A stretch of 64,000 nt of DNA, taken from Lingula anatina (Eukaryota; Animalia; Brachiopoda). Made by a program: the position numbers and the translations under genes. Location: positions 20,150,001-20,214,000 of the forward strand of contig CM120645.1 in assembly GCA_051362555.1 (NCBI GenBank). Direction: 5' to 3'. The notes below the pieces were generated by a model. It did not search any database, was not told the DNA's origin, and worked only from the letters and a program-made list of their open reading frames with translations. Of this stretch, positions 10,959-23,568 are shown in pieces. Each line of letters opens with the position of its first letter. The stretch's first letter is position 1.

Positions 10959-13900
10959 TGTGACGACGTTACTGACTTTGCATGTCTTATTGGTGGCGCG
11001 AGGTAATAACTAGACAATTCCCGTGTTTTCCCATATTCTTTATTATCGCTTTCTAACTACGTTTTCTACAGTTTATTCCTCTACGTTCAACCTCTTACAT
11101 CGTTCTCTCCGTCTACATTACATTCTTCGCTTAAGTACAATAAGGTCGTGTCAATCAACTAAAGTAACACTACAAAACACTCCCCGGTCTTATTCGCTGC
11201 TTGCTGTCACTTACTAACGTTACATTATCTCCCGGGGACGATACGCCTGTCCCCAGGCATATTTTAAATCTAAATATACCCTAAAATAAACTTCCTTAAA
11301 CACTACATTTTCCTCTTACCATAAATTTATGCAAAACAAAACTAAGTACATAGATTTTGCATTATAAACCTACGATAAGATAGAAATGCAGTTGACATGA
11401 AACCCCAAATATAACTTACAGGAAGATAGATTGATAACTTTTTAGAAAATATGATGTTTTGTGGATGTGCATTTACATGTTGTAATGTGCGGCCCAAGAG
11501 TACAGATATTTTTATTTGTTTTCTCCGCGCGGATGTTTAAATCTGTTACTCTCTTATTATGGCTCTGACACATTTTCATATACGGTTTCTCTTTGTACTT
11601 GGTTGTCATTCAGTAGGAATGCCACAAGTGAGACAATCGGGCGGTACCTTCCCTGTCTAATGAGCAGCATTCACCACAACGGTGCGACCAGCGCATCGCT
11701 CATGATGAAGTACCTGTTCATCTTCATATTTGTCCACACTGTAGCGCTCTCTTTTGATGGCTATAAGAGAAACAATCGTTTTATATCAAACCCAATCCAC
11801 GATTGAACAAAAAACATACCGAAAAATAAATAAGTAAGAATCATCCTTAATGCATATCATCAGTTTCGCGTCTTCATCTTTGCAAAAGCTAAGTACACTG
11901 TTCCTGTACCAATAATCGTATAGTTAAATATCAATAACAAATAATTATAAGACCGACAGACTGCATATAGATATACTTTTCATAAGTCACGTATTTAATA
12001 TTCAATGCACACTACTTAACATTTTCTTATAACCACATGCAATAACATTTGACGCAGAGTTAACCAATAAAATCTAAAGTTAATTTCCCACAAATGAATA
12101 GTTCCATTTGGTATGGTCCGTTACATCCTCCATTTCGAATTTTAGCAGGAAAGTTCAGTTAGCATATAATGTCAAATCCGTCCTTCTAGACAGTGCATAG
12201 CGATTGTCATCTGCCACTCATTGTATATGGATAAACGTCTTATTCGCGCACGTTGGCATACGTGTAGATAAATGTTCACAGTTTCCTGTATATCCACGAA
12301 TGTCCATGTCCAGCGTTTACGAATATATCCAAAACGAATGAAGCAGAAATGCATGTCAAGAAAAACTTAACTACGTATATTATAACAATCATCATCAAAC
12401 CTGAATACATTCACATTTAACAGGCAAGATTTTAACTTGCCATAGTATGATTCATCCAAAAAATAATGATAACAATAAAACATATATGGAACCATGCTAA
12501 AAATATGATAATATGTCTAATAATAATACTTATGCTTATAATAAAAATAACAATAACGCAATCTGGCGTCCCAGATGCTAATATTTATCTGGCGTCCCAG
12601 ATTTTAGTATTTATATGACGTCATGCGCACACTTTTATAACTCAACTCCACATATTCAGTTATATCCATAACCACATTGATATCTTATTCCTCACAATAT
12701 ATCAAATAATATTCACATAAGGCCATTTATCCTTGCATCATTTATACTCATTAACTCATTTGTTCCACTCGATCTTTTGATTGCCAATATAACCACATTA
12801 TCAACTGACAAGATCATTTTAAGAAGATAGTCGAAATGCCAGTAATTAGGACTTTTATTTAAGGCAATTCGTCGAGAAAGTTCAAACTATTCTCCAATTT
12901 TATCCTTCGCAACCCGAAAACATAATTTTATTGAAGGCACTTCCGATAACGTAGATTAATCATAATCTTAATATTTGCTTGTCACCTTCAAAGGTGCATG
13001 CGCACTATCGGCGATGTTTGACATTGCAAGGGGGTAGTGGGCGAAACAGAAGGGTATCCTTATGAAAAGAATTATGATTCATCATCTAAAATTACGCAGA
13101 CTGTAAGTCCAGGAGCCCTAAACCGAAACAAAGTGCAATAATAATTAGTATTGCCTGAAATTAAGGTGAATACCATTTAAGTGTCGTATCCTGTGAAAGA
13201 AAATTAAAAACTCGTTATGATGGATATTAAAATTACAAGGGTAGACGAAAAACGAAAAATGCATTCGCTGCCTGGCTAACCTGGAAAAAAAACTATTTTA
13301 TCAATATTGATTAGTGCAACATTTTTGTTCAAGTCAACAACAAAATATTTCCAAATGCAGTTTTCCGTCTTGTCACGAATTTTCAACAGTGAAGTGAGAT
13401 ATCTCAGCTGTTGGCATCTCTTCAAACATTCCGCAACCTGTAAAATTCTTAAGGTCAATAGATGCATAAAATGTAAACGGAAATGAATTTATTTTATAAA
13501 CATAAGACGTATCAAAAGATGGATAATGTTTACATTTATCTAAATTAGCAGGTATCGGGAAATATAAGACATACAAAATATATTCACCAAACAAATTTTA
13601 CCTGTTGTTTTATAACAAGTCTACAACCAAGTCAAATTATTTCTTTAATCAATACTCAAACTTACTCACGTGAATCTTTTACGGAATCTGAGGGAAAATG
13701 AGGAACAACCATATCGCCGTTGAACTCCTAATAGTATTGTCCTAGAAAAGACTTAGTGTACAGGTTTAAAAACAAACGTCAATGGCATTGAAATTTAAGA
13801 GCATCTTTTAATATTTTCCATAAAAAGTTTAATGACATCACTTTAAGGTAGTCTCTTTATAAATTTCTTAATTCTATCCAATTAGAATTCAACTTCGTCA

Positions 13901-15592
13901 CGTTTGCTACTCCCATCTTACTGTCTGTTTTAAACAGGCGTGTTCTATTTCATTGACACACGACTTAATATATTTTCTTCTTTTCCTTTACTCTTATGTT
14001 ATTCCCTTTAATGACGCCTCATTTAGTTTTGAATTGGATCCCTAATATTCTAACCAAAAGGGAATCCATTTCCACTAAATAAGATACTGTGCTTCAACTT
14101 TTTATCTGACGCGACCTCGTAAGGCTTCTACTTTAAATAATTCATCAGTGGTCTGGGACAAATTCGCTTGTCCTGCGGTCGCATTTTCTCGTTTTTCTTC
14201 ATTTTTCTATTTTTTTTCTTACTCTCTTTGTTTATGGGCAAAGTTAGCAATGAAGCCCTGGAGTTATTTTGGAGGAACTTTCCTTGTCAAACATTCAACA
14301 CAAGAACGAACATAATGACATCTGTAAATGACCTTTTCCAAAAAGTACCGCGTCGTGTAAACTAGACAAAACTTTGTACTCTAACTTGTCTGAAATAACA
14401 AGTTGCAAAGAACCTCCTGGGTGGGGTGATATCCTGCCATCACGTTATTTCCTATCTCTAACAGCAAGAAGCCAAGCGCCTTTGCAACTAAGTAGAAGTT
14501 CGTCTGATGTCAAGTGTGTGATAATTGAGGCAAGGTTCTTATCTTTACGTTGGAGTTTTTAAAACAATTCCTCATTAAAACAAATGCCTCGCAATCTTGA
14601 CGTTTTGACAATGTCATATTTTTGTCACCTTTCTCTAACTGTTAAAAGCATTTCAGACCTTTAAATTTGTAGCCACTCTGTTTTGATTTAAAATAAAGTA
14701 CTTGTGTCTAGATCTAACATATGTATTCTGTTCAAACATGCATCATTAAAAAACTGTGCGGGGTTATTAGGTTTTTCTAAGTTTTATTCTTCAACGTTTC
14801 CCTCATGGTAATGGCGGCGGCTAATCGCGTCTGCATTCGCGAGGTGTTTACCTTTACTCTGCTTAATTGAAATCTGTTAGGGGATAAATTCAATGACCAA
14901 TAAATCATTACTTCTAGAAATTCGATTACATTCAAATGGGCATGGAATTCTGGCACTGTCAACGCGAATATCAGTTACTGAAACTATGTACCCTTAATAC
15001 CTGACCTCTTCTCGCGCAATGAAACTATTCAGATAATGCTAAGTTTGCATTACTCAGCCTTCGTAAAACTATGTTTACCTCACTAAGGCAATATTTGAAA
15101 TTGTGGCTGGCTACCATAAAGTCATCTAAATATCGCAAAAAGCATTTTCTAAAATAATCGTTTAAAGCAATTGTCTTACCTTCAATTTTATGTTTGTCCA
15201 ATTCCAATCTCCTTTCTAGATACTTTGTGTTCTCCTGCGTATTTTCGTCCGGTGATCGTTCTCTCTCTTTCCGACAAGACTCATGATGTCAAACATCTAT
15301 GTTTATATTTTGCATCCTCCACCATATGTGACGACGTTACTGACTTTGCATGTTTTATTGGTGGCGCGAGGTAATAACTAGACAATTTCCGTGTTTTCCC
15401 ATATTCTTTATTATCGCTTTCTAACTACGTTATCTACAGTTTATTCCTCTACGTTCAACCTCTTACATCGTTCTCTCCGTCTACATTACATTCTTCGCTT
15501 AAGTACAATAAGGTCGTGTCAATCAACTAAAGTAACATTACAAAACACTTCCCGCTCTTATTCGCTGCATGCTGTCACTTACTAACGTTACA
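10959..15592 (-). mobile_element. Internally deleted Ty3/Gypsy LTR retrotransposon in viperin intron 2
   Basis: Direct 266-bp LTRs 10959-11224 and 15327-15592 (TGTGACG...CGTTACA, 7 mismatches by hand count). PBS TGGTGGAGGATGC (15324-15312) complementary to the tRNA-Ala 3' end; purine tract at 11233-11225; flanks AGTA/AGAA. Degenerate RT (YLDD 15132-15121), RNase H end (NADAISR about 14837-14817), chromodomain-like remnant about 14140-14030. Confidence 0.9.
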
Positions 15593-15884
15593 AGAAGATA
15601 AAAATAAAAAATAAATAAATAAATAAATAAATTAAAATACCCAAGTCAAACCAATAACTATTCTCAACATGTTCTACATATATGAGTGTTTGTTTTCTAT
15701 TGTGAATCAAAACTGTATTCGTGTGAGTACGATTGTCTCAGCGATTTCCAAATTACTCCAATTATACCTAAAAATCTCTTATGAAATGTAGGCTAGTACT
15801 AATGATACTTATAATGAAACCTGCACTCCTATATGCAGTGCAGCGAGCTTCCATTGACTTTTAGATTTCGTAATCTGATATTAA

Positions 15885-16146
15885 GGACTCATTCCCAGCG
15901 AAACTGTTGATCTTCATAGATCGATCCAACTGCACGGAGACTCCAGCTGAGATGAAGTGATTAACACACCTCCTCCTGGCGTACTGAGTTGAATACAAAG
16001 AATTTGGGGTTAATCCGAGTACGTTGGCAACAAGGGGGGGGGGGGCGTGGTAATCTGTTAAACTTATTGCATTACTTTGTATCAGCGAGAGTCCCCGAGC
16101 GGTTGGATCGATTTACGTAGACCGACAGTTTCATTGGGAAAGAGCC
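15885..16146. mobile_element. Harbinger-type MITE with long inverted arms
   Basis: GGACTCATTCCCAGCGAAACTGTTGATC... / ...GACCGACAGTTTCATTGGGAAAGAGCC; flanks TAA/TTA; terminal TTCCCA motif shared with family A. Confidence 0.65.
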
Positions 16147-16261
16147 TTAGAATCATAATATTAGACCTACGGAAAGGTTACGTGCATATTTTTACGGTGA
16201 TATCAAATAATTAGAATTGCAATTTTGGGATATAAAACTACTATGCATATGATCACTTTAG

Positions 16262-16399
16262 GGGAATACCTGGATATCTTGGCAATATCATGTGACAGCT
16301 TCGACTTTGAAACAAATGATCTGATTGGTAGGCAAGCAAGGACAAAAAGACCACGTGGCATCCCTGTTAAAGGTGCATGACTGGTGTAATCAATATAAG
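16262..16399 (+). CDS. RSAD2: Viperin exon 3, containing a +1 frameshift in this sequence
   Basis: GEYLDILAISCDSFDFETNDLIGR in the entry frame; the conserved continuation QGQKDHVASLLKVHDWCNQYK is in the +1 frame; the entry frame stops at TGA 16378-16380; donor AAG|GTAAAA. Confidence 0.92.
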
Positions 16400-16566
16400 G
16401 TAAAAAATACTTGTATTGGGTCTATATTCATACATATTGCTCTTACATTTCAAACATTATTCATATTGGAAAAATAAATAAATAAATGAATTACCGGAGC
16501 ATACTAGTATATGACACGATGCAATTGCAGCAAAAGAAATTAATTCATTTGACGAAACACCCTTGA

Positions 16567-16567
<1 letters not shown>

Positions 16568-16619
<52 letters not shown>
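16568..16619. repeat. Poly(A) tract, 52 nt
   Basis: Homopolymer in viperin intron 3; a second tract of about 43 nt lies at 52486-52528. Confidence 0.9.
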
Positions 16620-16621
<2 letters not shown>

Positions 16622-16703
16622 TATAGGTGCATTTATAAATGTACTTCCTCACATCAATTAATTAATGAATTTGTTAATCATAAATGAGACAACATAATTA
16701 CAG

Positions 16704-16796
16704 GTTGCCTTTAAAATCAACACTGTGGTGAATACTTACAACAAGCACGAAGACATGACAGAGCAGATTCAGCAACTTCAGCCTGTCAGGTGGAAG
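16704..16796 (+). CDS. RSAD2: Viperin exon 4
   Basis: [31 protein letters not shown]; CAG|...|GTGAG, 93 nt, phase 0-0. Confidence 0.95.
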
Positions 16797-17183
16797 GTGA
16801 GGGACACTGTCCAGTTATATCGGCAATATCTGCTCTAATACACACGTATATATATACAAACATAAGAACCGACCTAATATTCATGAAAATTCTTCATCGC
16901 AACCATCTATACATTGAGTAAAAGTGTTTTTCTATTTTTATAACAAAAGTACGTGTATATTTTCAACGAGTAAAATTTTTGCATGAGTTGATACAACCCC
17001 GATGTAATATGTGAATGATTTATGAAGAAAATCAATGCCTTTCTTTCTTCTGTTGGAAAGGAAAAACGTATATATTTAATAGAAATCAATATCTTTGATC
17101 AATATCGTTTTACTGTATTTATATCTTTGACATGAAATGTTTCGTTTTCATTAAGTTTATTTTTCTTTTTCATAAAACCCCAG

Positions 17184-17333
17184 ATTTTCCAGTGTCTTCT
17201 GATGGAGGGTGAAAATGCAGGCCCTGACGCATTGAGGAACGCGGAAGGTTTTCTTGTAACCGACCAAGAATTTGAGGATTTTTTAACAAGGCACAAGGAG
17301 GTCGCCTGTTTGGTTCCAGAGTCCAACAAAACG
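17184..17333 (+). CDS. RSAD2: Viperin exon 5
   Basis: [21 protein letters not shown]...[15 protein letters not shown]; 150 nt, canonical splice sites. Confidence 0.95.
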
Positions 17334-17956
17334 GTAAAATGACATGATTTAATTTAACGCCGTACTACGCGTTAATAGAAATTTAGTTAATTAAGTTAAT
17401 GATAAATGCTAAGTCTTGTTGAGTCCCTAATTTCATTTTTCGATGTGGACAGCTTTGTTTAAACATTTGGATAGTTTGATCGGAACTGACGCGCGACTAT
17501 TGCAATTTGTGGATTTATTGTGGATTCTAATGTGCAATATGCGTACGAATTTTTTTTATGCATCACATGATATTTTCTAACGACAGCCGGGTGGGTCTTA
17601 TCCAAATAACTGTATATTACAAAAATGCGTTAATGACATAGAATATACTGAACTGTAAACAAATTTCGATACAGCAATAGTTTGCATTTGATTAGGAAGA
17701 TTATTAAACATATAGGTATTTGATGCACAACTGTGTCTTAAATTAATAAAATTTAAATATATGCATTGCTGAAATTTTCTGTATGTAGCTGTAAAGTCTG
17801 ATAGCGTATATAGGTTACAATATTTTTCATGTCTTATACCATCCGTAATTTTACTTTAGGGGGGTTAAAGGTTAAAAGCCATCCTTAAAAAAGTGGTGTC
17901 TTTAACAGTGGTGTCTTTAACATATTTAAAAAATCAAATTAATTTCATTTTTTCAG

Positions 17957-17989
17957 ATGCAAAATTCATACCTAATCCTGGACGAATAC
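17957..17989 (+). CDS. RSAD2: Viperin exon 6
   Basis: MQNSYLILDEY; TTTCAG|...|GTAAGT, 33 nt. Confidence 0.95.
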
Positions 17990-18909
17990 GTAAGTATGGA
18001 AAGTGTGAAAGAAGGAATCAGTAACAATATGTAAAGAAGAGAAACATTAATTCATTAAAATGAATGTAATTTTGCATGACGTAATTTGTCTTCTTTAAAT
18101 GTGCTTTTGAAGTCAAGTCACCATTTATGGGTGACTATTGCGCAACTGTTATAAAGAGAGACATATCTATAAACTACAGCGTCAATATAAATATGGATGA
18201 TCATGCTTCTTTTACCAAATTAGACCCATTTTTGTCAAACTAATCCTATAATTATAAAGCAACTAGTTTAAAACTTAGTATCTGGTAATTTTCTTTCTTT
18301 TTTTTTTAATGGTACATATGTCATCCAGATTTCACTCGCATTTCCATGGTAATATACATGTACCACTATGGTAGACGAGAACAAAGACGTGGTATATCTT
18401 GCCCTCTCGCATACCGGTTGAAGCAAGTTTCACTTGCTCTCGCTGTCCTTCATAGTATAAGCCACATACACCACTCTCCACCGGACACTTCTGGCTAAAA
18501 TATCCCAGAGTCTCAGAAAAGGTCGCTCCCCAAATTTTGTAACAGCTAGAGAAGATTGAAAAGACCCCTCGTCAGCGGATGCATGAAATATCCACTAGTA
18601 TAGTACTTGCAGTTATATTTATCACATACCCTTTACCAGCTTTTTCGTGCTTTTACTAATGTATATCTCACACCCTCTACCAATTAATGACACATACAGT
18701 ATTTTCACTAGACATTCACAGATATGCCTCTGCCTAATTCTGGGCGGTATTTTCTACTGTAAGCGAGAACTTTGAATGAAATTAATGTCCTTTCTCATCA
18801 GACCTTTAATAGTGTAGACTATACGTCACAATACACAGAGATCTCGTGGACTAGTTGTGTACTCATAACATCCATGTAATATTCAATTTGTCGTCTCTCT
18901 GTGTTGTAG

Positions 18910-19074
18910 ATGCGCTTCCTGGACTGCCGTGGAGGCGGGAAGACGCCATCTCGCTCCCTGCTGGACGTGGGGGTGGACAGTGCGCTGGCCAAGAGTGGAT
19001 TTGATGAGAAAATGTTCTACAAGAGGGGTGGGAAATATGTTTGGAGCAAGGCGGATATGAAACTGGACTGGTAG
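18910..19074 (+). CDS. RSAD2: Viperin exon 7 (last coding exon)
   Basis: [22 protein letters not shown]...[25 protein letters not shown] with the conserved C-terminal Trp; frame-corrected protein about 347 aa. Confidence 0.96.
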   Translation: MRFLDCRGGGKTPSRSLLDVGVDSALAKSGFDEKMFYKRGGKYVWSKADMKLDW

Positions 19075-20586
19075 CTAAAAGCCTGGACCGAAAAGACATT
19101 ATGCAGGTCACGAACCAGTCAAGACTACATGTATATAAAATTGTCATGCTGAAATACGTATATGGCCTACCAGACGAAAAATATGTGCTTTGTGTTTAAG
19201 AAAAGAAAAAAAAAAGCAGTTTGTTCAGTAAAATATTTTCAGATGAAATAAATGGTTTTAAAAATAACCGTGGCATGGGGTAAGGTAAATCCGTTATAGT
19301 CCGCGAGAGAAGAGTTACCATAGTTCTGAACACTTAGCACTTGTTATAAACCAGGCGCACAATTTCATCGTTATGCTACAGATTTATCTTGGGCCAAAGC
19401 AGACTTTATTTTTCTTCTAAAAGTTATAACGTTTGAAGACAAAAACTAAGTGTAGAGTTCATTTAAGGAATTTTCCCTCAGTTCAATATTGTACATAGAC
19501 CTCGTGTGCGACGTGCACTCACTTTATGATTTCTCTGTAACCCCAAATTTTTAAATATCCCCTTCATATCGCGCTGTATATGAGCGCATAAGTGAAGTAA
19601 CTTGACAATCACCATATTTTGGTTGACCGATATTTGGCCGGGTAAGTCCGCTTTTAATTAATGCCAAACCGTAATGGGAATTGAAAGTTCATTGAAAGTA
19701 TTTGGCCATAAAATAAAAATGTAAATCTCAATTAATTAATTATTAATTATAATTAATTGCCAAGAGTACTGAAATATATGACTCGGCCAACACTATAAAG
19801 ATAATAAGTTAGGGATAAAAGAATTTGGTGGAATTTCATGAAGGCCGAAAAGCTAAATATTGCTCTCACTCTGTGTTACTTACTCAAAATTTGTTTGGCA
19901 ACAAGGCTAATGCCATGTTCTTTAGCCGCGCGTGTATTTAAAAAAAGTTTGTTGTTAAGTGGTTTTTGGTGTTATTAAATGTTACCTTTTTAACTTAGTT
20001 TTTGCTGCCGTTGTTGTTCATATTGTTGTTGTTCTTGTTGTCTTTTTCCCAAAACTGTCCTTTTTGCCAAAAAGAAGGAAAATAAACTTGAAGGAATCGC
20101 CTTGAAAAGAGGCTTAAAGATCAACGTTAACGTTATTTAACAGCTGAATGTTTTGAAAGAACTGATGTATCGTAAGAATGCTGAGTTTTTGTTAGAAGAA
20201 GAATGTTGAAACCCAGAATTGCTGACTCCAAGCAATTTATTATTCGTTTTATATTGTATATTCGTTTTATAAGTTGTAATTCAATAAAACTTTATTTGAT
20301 ACTACTTCGTCTTATTTTGTCTAATACATGTATACTCAGTATAAAAATACAGATTCAAATATTATAACTTTAGTATTTAATTCCCTCAATACAAATCTTT
20401 CTAAAAAAATTAGGTGTTTCTTAGCCTAACCTGTATGTAGTGTTTAGTTTTAAAAAATATACGGCTCGTCCTGCATATGCTAATGTACTTTTACTGCTCC
20501 TAAACCCAATTTTCAGTGACCCCATGCATGTCCTAACCCCAACAAGAGAAGCTACCACCATGCTCTCACCCTTCCTTCCTCCCTCC

Positions 20587-20626
<40 letters not shown>

Positions 20627-20934
20627 GTATTTACTTTGAATATATTAGCAATTTGCGACCCATTCATGATCAGCACAGTTAAACAGAATGTTGAATCAGC
20701 GTTTGGTTTTGAAAATTAGATTTATCGCCATCCCGTTGGGTTGTGGTTTAGTTATGGAAACTTCAAATATAACATCTTTCATTTATTCAGTAAAAAATTA
20801 ATTTGGAAGTGGAGTTACCATGTTTTGACTCAGAGTTTAATCAATACACCAATGGTTATACTGTCTATTCCACACTTTATCACACAGCTGTAACATTACA
20901 GGTAAATCACTAACGTCCATTTTCAGCCGCGTGG

Positions 20935-21491
20935 TCAGTCCAGTTCGGAGTTACTATCTTCAGATAGACATCGTGGTAGCTGGTGTATTGGAGTTTTCCC
21001 AGAGACACGAGGATTTGAGGGTCCTGCCTCCAGATAATCGTCAAGGCTGGGTCCATTGGACCACCTCGGTAGATAATCGGGGCTAATGCCGGTCTTGCGC
21101 ATGCGCGAAAAGGCCAGACGTGGGCCTAAAGGTCTTTGGCTGTTCACACGTGATCTTTCTTTGGCAGGCGTCAATACCGATGAGGACAGGTCTTTTTTAA
21201 CGCTATCCAATTTTGCCTTCGTGTGTAAAGAATCGGGCAATGATGTGACTGTTAAATTGAAATCATTACTTTTGCTTCTAGGTGTTTCTGAAGCTGAGAC
21301 ACGTTCAAAAAGCTCTGATATGTCCTTCAACTTAAAGGTAACTTTGCCTTGAATGTTGAAATCGGACACGGTCCGTGACTTCTGTAAAGGTCGCTTAGGC
21401 CATTCAATAGCACTTGATATGGCAAATGGACTTTGGAAATGTTCAGTATGAGACGCTCCCTCCAAACGTCTCAGTCGGTTGATCTCGTGAT
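20935..21491 (-). CDS. STUM: Stum-like gene B, exon 3 (long Ser/Pro/Arg-rich tail)
   Basis: Acceptor TTTTCAG| at 21492, phase 1, in frame with the 176-aa ORF to TGA at 20935. Confidence 0.75.
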
Positions 21492-21693
21492 CTGAAAATA
21501 ATCATAATTTTGCTTTTGTGGTGTATCTTTTCCAAAAGCATGTATATCATATATTTCAAAGACGTTAAGATCCACAAACTCGTTTTCGACTTTAAAATTT
21601 TCGTTAATTAATTAATTTTGATTTTAAAAGAACTAACGCTTTTTGTTTTGCAAGCATTACGGGTATCAGTATAAAAACACTCGCGACACCTAC

Positions 21694-21873
21694 CGGCGGC
21701 TGCAATGTAAGCCACGCCCCAAAGACAACTCCAAAACCAACCAATGCAAAAGCACAATGCAAAAGTGAGCTGCAGGAGGCCTACAGTACACAAGTTGCAG
21801 AAATTCTGGAGCTTGCTCTTTACGGTCTCTTTTCGATCACAGCAGATGGCAGCAAAAGCAGCAATTATGGTCC
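21694..21873 (-). CDS. STUM: Stum-like gene B, exon 2
   Basis: GTIIAAFAAICC...VGLLQLTFALCFCIGWFWSCLWGVAY matches the stum/Spec3 motif (LLQ.....GW.WSI.WG); 180 nt, phase 1-1. Confidence 0.85.
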
Positions 21874-23354
21874 CTGTGTGGATAAATAAGTCAGCAAAGG
21901 TTATGATTAAATGCATTCATGTCTTCTGCTCAATTCATGTCTTATAAAAGAGCTATCGGTATAGCCCGAAAACCTGCCTTAATTTGAGGTCATAATCTAT
22001 GTCCGCTTTGAAACGAGAGAAAACGGGTGCCGTCCCATTAAATCAACTTTGCGATTACTTTAATTCATAGAAGGAGAGACAGTGGCTAATGTGTTAGACC
22101 AATGCTGTAGATTTCGGGTCTAAAAGTTTGGAGTAAATTCCGGCCTATGCTCTGAAACCGACCGCTAACCTTGTTTTACATATCTATTCTTTGATTATCA
22201 GTGCTTCAAATTAATTGTCAAAAACGATTTAACAGGAAAAATATCTCATAGCTGTACGTATGTACTTGTCTGTCTGTTCGCCTAACTGTTAACGCATGTA
22301 TTTATTTAGTTGCTTGTGCATTTTACAATGCCTTCTGCGACCCAATGCCTATACCCTAAAAAGTATACCCAAAATAATAGTGAGTTTATCTATAGCACGT
22401 GACGGTAACGGGGAGTTTTCTTTACTCTGTACCCATAAACAAATGCAAAGGCACCATAGGGCAATATTGACATCAGGTTATGGGCAGAATACTTTAATTT
22501 ATAATTTTCTCTTGGCGTAAGCGACAATAATTGGATCTAATTAAAAACGGGTAGTGATAATGGACCGGAATCAGGCTATATATAGTATTTTCTGTCACAT
22601 TCTACTTATGGTTCTCTTTGCAACGTGTTATGAGTAGTTCGCGTCTACTTGTTAATCAGGGCCTTTTCCTGTGATAAATACTGCAGTATAGGAAAGTAGG
22701 TTATTTGAATCACCGTTGGTACTAATTATACTATATATGGTCCGGGTCTATATTTTACCGACTGAAAAGGAATTGAGGGGCTTCCTGTGTACTCAATCGA
22801 TCGTGAAATGTTTACACTATACAAATCAGAAAAAAAAAGTATTTCTTCAAAATCTTTTTTGGGTAGGGTGGTAATGATCAACAATGAGAAAACATCAACC
22901 CATTAAACGAATCGCCTGCACAGTATATTCTGACTGTATAATGAGCTCACACTTGTCATATGAAATAATATCACTCCGTCCAGCTTTCAATTCTATCAGC
23001 GTGCTTTAATGAAGCTGTACTACGCATTGATATAAAAACCTCAACTTAACTGTACTGACATTGCTCTCTCAATAAAAATACATGTTATTGGTATCTTTTC
23101 GTTTTGACACGTTCTTTCTATTCATTTACGCATCTGCCATGTGAAATAAAAAGAACATTGCTCTCTCGTTAAAAAAATCCACATCGAGCCACTCCACGCC
23201 TATGCAATCACATACATCTTGCCGTAACATGACGATCCATCGTACCATGACGACCCATCATACCATGACCATAATCCCATGAACCAGAGAGTACCCAATC
23301 ATAACTATTGTAGCATAACTTATACCTAAGAGCTTCATATCTTCAGCATCTTAC

Positions 23355-23568
23355 CTGAACCTGGAAGCACAAAGTTGAAGACACAGCAGCAGACGGCGGC
23401 CTTATAGGGCAGAAATGGGATGACAAAGCGAGGGTTGTCTTTGCTGTAGTTGTACCCTATGCTGCCCGGAAGGTCCACGCCACTCGGTGCAATCCCGATG
23501 GTGGTATGAAGGGTACGGGGTCTGACTTTCCCTGGGTAATCAGAAGACACGCTACCGGCCTTGTTCAT
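23355..23568 (-). CDS. STUM: Stum-like gene B, exon 1
   Basis: ...IPFLPYKAAVCCCVFNFVLPGSG matches stum IP.MP...A..C..LN...PG.G; donor G|GTAAG; product about 316 aa. Confidence 0.85.

Noticed and set aside
16328-16340. 13-nt GT...AG intron that would repair the viperin frame
   Set aside because: Far below the minimal spliceosomal intron size, and it would delete the conserved Arg.
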